DNA of 64,000 nt, taken from NCBI GenBank assembly GCA_950097015.1, contig CATNEN010000036.1, positions 1-64,000 on the forward strand. The letters run 5' to 3'. Of the stretch, positions 59,071 through 64,000 are shown in pieces (within the stretch, counting starts at the first letter, position 1; every line of letters starts with the position of its first letter). The DNA is from Macrostomum hystrix (lineage: Eukaryota > Animalia > Platyhelminthes). The position numbers and the translations under genes were made by a program. The notes beneath the pieces are model-generated. The model saw only the letters and a program-made list of their open reading frames with translations. It was not told the DNA's origin and did not search any database.

Positions 59071-60347
59071 CATTTTTCATGTTTTGGGCCTTTTCCAATA
59101 GCCTAATAGAGAGATCACGAGGCAGTGAAAGGCGGCATTGCATTCAGAGACCCTTTATTATCTGGGGGAAAGCTATATTATTAAAGGATCGAGACTTTAG
59201 CCAAAGTCCTCTCAGCTCGCAGCTGGAGTTGGGTTTCAGGGATAAGGAAAGAGAGAGACAGAAAACTAGAGGCAAATTCTTCTTAATATTTCCTTCTCCC
59301 ACTTCCCTTGCGCGGCAGGCGGGAGGGTAGGAGGCAATGAGGGGTGAAGAACGGACTCAAGCTGACCAAGTTGGCCACCTCAACTCATTTCGATGCACCG
59401 CCCTGAGTGGCTTGACTAGCGCTGCCAGGCTATTTTTATTGGGCCCCGTTTCAATCGATCCGAAGTGAAGTGATGCCCGAACCTCTGCATGGCTAGGCAA
59501 GCCCCGCACGCGCATATGGGGGTCATTTTAGTTTCGCAAACGAGTGCTTTAACTGTAAAAGTCTAAAAAGTTCTTGCATTGGACAACGAATCATTGACCT
59601 CCCAAGTTTAACTAAATAGGGCAGGACTACATTTTAAACTTTCCTTTCAAGGAGAGCTAATCATTCACGTGACGAATGCACTGTGGAGAGGGAATAGAGG
59701 GGGTCGGGTAGAGGCACGGCAGGAGAGAGAGAAGATGTGGACGGAGATGGAGAGGGGGAGATGCCGGAAGCCACCACAAACCTCCCTCCCCTCTCTCAGC
59801 TTACCTTCGGCCAGCTTAGACATCAACAATGGCACCGGTAGGTAGGCAGGGGAGCAAAGAAGAGTTAGCACTTTTAATAAAAAGGTTGGAGAGTGTCGGA
59901 GAAGGATGGAGCTGAACGATAGGGCAGGAAGCTGGGAGATAACTTGATGTAGCAGTGGAACATTGCTCCGTACCAACACGCGCAGCTTATGGCTCCGGCG
60001 ATTGGGGATAAATCTCCCCATCATACACTATACTCAGATCCCAAATCCAAATACCAATCAATACATGCGCGCACAAAGTATTCTTTGCATTATGCATACA
60101 GTTCACTTTCTATCCCTATATTTTGCTCCCATCTGGTCAAATGCTGAACTCACATTTCTCCCCAACTCGCATTAAAAGTGCAGCTAAGACAGTAAGGACA
60201 AAATTATTCCTAAAAAATGTGAATACTCAATAGCGGCAATTAAATTTTTATTAGTATAAAAACTGTAGCTACTTATTTCACTTTACTTCTAACACTTTCA
60301 CCCAGCAATCCAATTAGACAGCGGAATAAATTCACAAAAGTACTCAC

Positions 60348-60408
60348 AAATTCTGTCAATGACATGCACCATAGTCCTGCCAGAGCCCACACCAATGGTT
60401 TGACAGTT
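60348..60408 (-). CDS. RPIA: Ribose-5-phosphate isomerase A, exon 2 (61 nt)
   Basis: atttcag|NCQTIGVGSGRTMVHVIDRI-T|gtgagt. Aligns to the human [20 protein letters not shown] segment. Confidence 0.9.
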
Positions 60409-60469
60409 CTGAAATATTATATAATTAATCAGTAATAAAAAGTAATCATAATAATTGCAGGAGGGCTGT

Positions 60470-60784
60470 GGGCAATAGCACATCATTTGGTGACACGAAG
60501 AGGCAATTCTGTCCATTTCTCTGACTCCTCAGCACACACGCACACATATACAGTACGCAGGCACACACTCACACAGGTGTGTACATCCGCCCTGACTTTC
60601 TCATCGTCAGGCAGTGCACACTCTCACTGTACCTCGGAGGTTGGCCCTTAAGGGCGTAAATTGCACGACAAGCCCCCAAGCCTTCTCTCCGCGCCGCGCC
60701 CAAAATAAATGTGGCCTCGCCGCGGAATCGAGCTCAGGGACCTTGGTGCGAGTAGCAAAAGCGTCAACCGCTCTGCCGTCTCCC
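60470..60784 (-). mobile_element. tRNA-derived SINE in RPIA intron 1
   Basis: Minus strand carries the A-box-like CGGCAGAGCGG and B-box-like GAGCTCGATTCC. The body is homologous to 61441-61650. Confidence 0.65.
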
Positions 60785-60842
60785 TAATACTTAATCAGTA
60801 CTTAATTTAATTATTTAAAACTCATTCCTATGCAGTGCTAAC

Positions 60843-60935
60843 CTGGAGATGTTCTTCAACTGCAGCATAGGCAGCCTGTTTTCTGGCCATATCCTTCTTG
60901 TTGTCGACATTGTTGTGCTTGTTTGTTGAGTTCAT
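60843..60935 (-). CDS. RPIA: Ribose-5-phosphate isomerase A, coding exon 1
   Basis: MNSTNK..MARKQAAYAAVEEHLQ|gttagc (the AKK.A...AV helix). Joined CDS is 741 nt = 246 aa plus stop. Confidence 0.85.
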
Positions 60936-61440
60936 TGCGATGCGTTTGATTTAATATTCTTTTTTATTTCGCCTGTAACAAAAACCTTGAAAATTAAAAG
61001 TGGCAGATTTCTAGATGTTGCATTCGGAGCTGAAAAATAGTGTCATTCATTAATAATTTTTCTATAAATTATAATAATACCAACTAGCTGAAGCCATGCA
61101 GGTAATGTAGTTAAAGAAAAAATATTTGTTGTCATTTAAATCTTATTTAAACTGCTTTCTAAAGCTTGAAATCAATTATTAAGTAGAGAAATCAATACAA
61201 AAATAACTAAAAATTCATATTTCTTTAAGTACATTAACTTTAATGATAAATAGTAAGCAATCTCACTATGAAAATAGTAAAAGGGAAAGTAACTAAAACT
61301 TAAGAGTTAGTACTTAACATGTCTGACCAATCCTTTACAAAAAAACTAGTGAGTCTAGTAGTATATAAAGGCGTGAACATTTTATGCAATACAGTAGCTG
61401 CTGAGCGGTGAAACAATACAAATTTTTGTGGATCTTTTTG

Positions 61441-61650
61441 AGGGCCAACCTCCAAGCCACAATGAGAGTGTACACTGCCTGATGATGAGAAAGTCAGGCC
61501 AGATTTATACAACCTATGTGAATGTGTGTGCCTGTCTACAGTACTTATGTTGTGTGTGTGTGTGTGTATGCTCAGGAGTCAGAAAAATGGGCAGAATTGC
61601 CTCCTTGCTGGCTACGGGTCCAGTGTCACAAAATGATATGCAATTGCCTA
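61441..61650 (+). mobile_element. Headless (5'-truncated) copy of the same SINE, inverted orientation
   Basis: AGGGCCAACCTCC..TGAGAGTGT.CACTGCCTGA.GATGAGAAAGTCAGG..GGAGTCAGA.AAATGG.CAGAATTGCCTC is shared with the reverse complement of 60475-60653. Confidence 0.7.
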
Positions 61651-63324
61651 CAGCATTCCTACAATTATTACTATATGTATCATCAATACTGAGCCTAAAT
61701 ATTTGAATTTTCTAACAAAAAGTATATTTAGTAGTAGTACTGCCATTTGTGCTTTAGCTTTGCCAGCATAACAAGGTATTCCAATTTTCATTTTATTTTT
61801 TAAAGAAACATAGGGGGCCTAGTGTCCTTTTTTAAGACATTGGTACAACTTAGGTATTAGTAAGCATTTTTATTATGGGCTATTTTGGGACAAGCCATAA
61901 CGCTTGATCCATAGTGTGTACTTAAAATACAATTTGGATGTTAGATGAAAGCATCAACTCTAGTCTAGCACCAAACCAAAAAATTAATACAGTAACAGTA
62001 CACCTGAAAAGTATGACTAATTGCAATACAAGTACAATTATAAAATAGAAAGTAACAATAAACATTCCTATGGCCATCAATGAATGACAAAAATGTGCAA
62101 AAGATAAGCCTATGTATTTTTGGCATCTGTGTATACACGTACATTCATAGGATGGCAAGTTAGAGCAAGCTGTTTATTAAAATAGTGATTGTATTTTATT
62201 TACTTGATTTTATAGATGAAAAAAATTCATAATTTAATAGTATAATTCCTCACTCTTCTAAAGTCTAAGATCCCCAAGCCAATAGCCATGACAATATAAA
62301 TAGACAAGCCACCATGTCTCAAATATGGGTTGTGGCTTGCTTATGAAGCGGGCTGCTGTGCCTGTAGGGCCTAAGTTTCTGAATTATGGACATGGCCAGC
62401 ATATAGGTAAGCAAGCAACGACTCCATATTTTATTAGGGACATGGGCATGGCAGCTGTGTAATGTAATTTTGCTGCTTATGGGCATGACCGTGGTGCCCT
62501 AAATTAGGCATGTTAAGCACTAGCTGAAAATTAATATATATAATTTTACGCTTTTATTAATATTGATCAATTAAACTAAATCATTCAAGTTTTTTAATTC
62601 GTACTTTTATGTCAGTTCACCGAGTCTGACATGAGATTAACCTTAACTAAGCTTCGATTCACATTAAAGTATGATAATTTTTACCTGATCCTGACTTCAG
62701 ATATATTACGCAGCGTAATATACTATAGCACATGACATCGTAATCTCAGTTGACTTCCAAGTCATTGAATAATTTGCGCAAAGTGTCCTAGCCTAAGACG
62801 ATTAAAAAAGTTTGTGAATTCTTGTTAATTCCTCGAATTTTTCTCACTTAAATTTTACTGATTGCATTCTTGACGTTGACGATTTCGTGACCTGAATAAA
62901 TCCGTGATTTTAGATTTGTATCGTGGTGAATATTAAACTCATTCTATAATTGCCTAAATATTATTTTAAAGCGGCTTAAGTCTATCGCTCGTCTTGGAAG
63001 GCTCTTAAAATGTTTTCAATTTGGCAGATAAGGCCGAAGTCCTTAGGGCAGATAGATTTGGGGCAGAGTATAGATATTTACATTTTTCCTGTCTTAACTA
63101 TTTCAGTAAAAAATAATATTCAGCATTGACAAACGGTAAAGTTCAACCATAATTCAGCCCAGCGTCTCATTAGTGTTAGAAAGACGCATTGCTGGAAGCG
63201 AAATAGTGGTCCACTTAGCCATTAGACGTTCATTCACTGGGATACACAGACTACTATACTCTTAATCTGACTGAGTAGTGTGTGTGTGAGTGTGTGTGTG
63301 TGTGTGTGTGTGTCAAGGACCAGT

Positions 63325-63966
63325 AGTAGATGGAGGACGTTACACTCGGATTTCGTGGAAATTTTTTTGAAGTCCGATTTTTACTGCAAAATACATTGGC
63401 GAGATAGCAAAATTTCACGTTTTTAATATTCAGAGGCCTGTTGTAATTGATTTAAGCCTGCTTCAAAAAAACCCATCTAAAATTTTACTATTAACACCCT
63501 GTTCTATTGGTTTCTATTATGTTTTAGTCGCGAAAACGTTCTACAGATATAGTTTTATCACATTTTGATGTAGTCATGAAATAACATATATATGCCCTTT
63601 GGCTAGCTAAACTATAGCTAGGCTGGCCTAGCATATCAGGCCTTCTATATTAAATCTCTCTAACAAAAAAATTAAATTTGTATTGCCATAGCATATCTCG
63701 TGTCATACAAACATGATAAGAAGATGCTAAGTTTGATAATGGACACTCATTCATAATATACTCAATTATATTTATATATCCACACTCCAACCAAGTTCCC
63801 TAATAAGTGGTTTCATCCACTGAAATTCATTGATACAGCTGTTGTAGGCATTCCAAATACATGTCTACTGTGTACCAACTATGCTATTAAACCTTTAAAC
63901 CTTTAAATTAAAAAATCGGCCTTCAAAAAAATGTGCACCATTTTAGAGTGTTACGTCCTTCTACTT
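63325..63966. mobile_element. MITE-like element flanked by (TG)n
   Basis: Left GGAGGACGTTACACTC..ATTTTTTTGAAGTCCGATTTTT vs the reverse complement of the right end GAAGGACGTAACACTC..ATTTTTTTGAAGGCCGATTTTT. The ends are approximate. Confidence 0.55.
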
Positions 63967-64000
63967 AAGTAGTCCGTGGTGTGTGTGTGTGTGTGTGTGC

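Overview
Eukaryotic (metazoan) genomic DNA, not prokaryotic. Exons are GC-rich, introns are AT-rich, and roughly 40% of the window is tandem minisatellite. This is reminiscent of Macrostomum-type flatworm genomes, but that is inference only. Three spliced host genes can be rebuilt by hand from GT-AG sites and conserved motifs: an MFSD2-family lysolipid/Na+ symporter (+, 5676-15496, 4 coding exons, 604 aa), TFIIB/GTF2B (-, 19895-22175, 2 exons, 310 aa) and ribose-5-phosphate isomerase RPIA (-, 34764-60935, 5 coding exons, 246 aa over 26 kb). There is also a possible small unknown gene just upstream of TFIIB. Two young full-length Ty3/Gypsy (Mag-like) LTR retrotransposons have LTRs, PBS, PPT and 5-bp TSDs (122-5174 on -, 46865-51598 on +). 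MITEs, mariner and Crypton-like relics and a tRNA-derived SINE pair are also present. The most notable observations are: (1) the first element's LTR is built like a heat-shock promoter (three perfect HSEs plus TATA) and sits just upstream of MFSD2; (2) most introns carry their own private minisatellite, several running right up to a splice site; (3) a 73-nt exon-like cassette is triplicated inside a satellite; (4) RPIA has substitutions in two active-site motifs. All gene models and alignments were made by eye and none was checked against a database.
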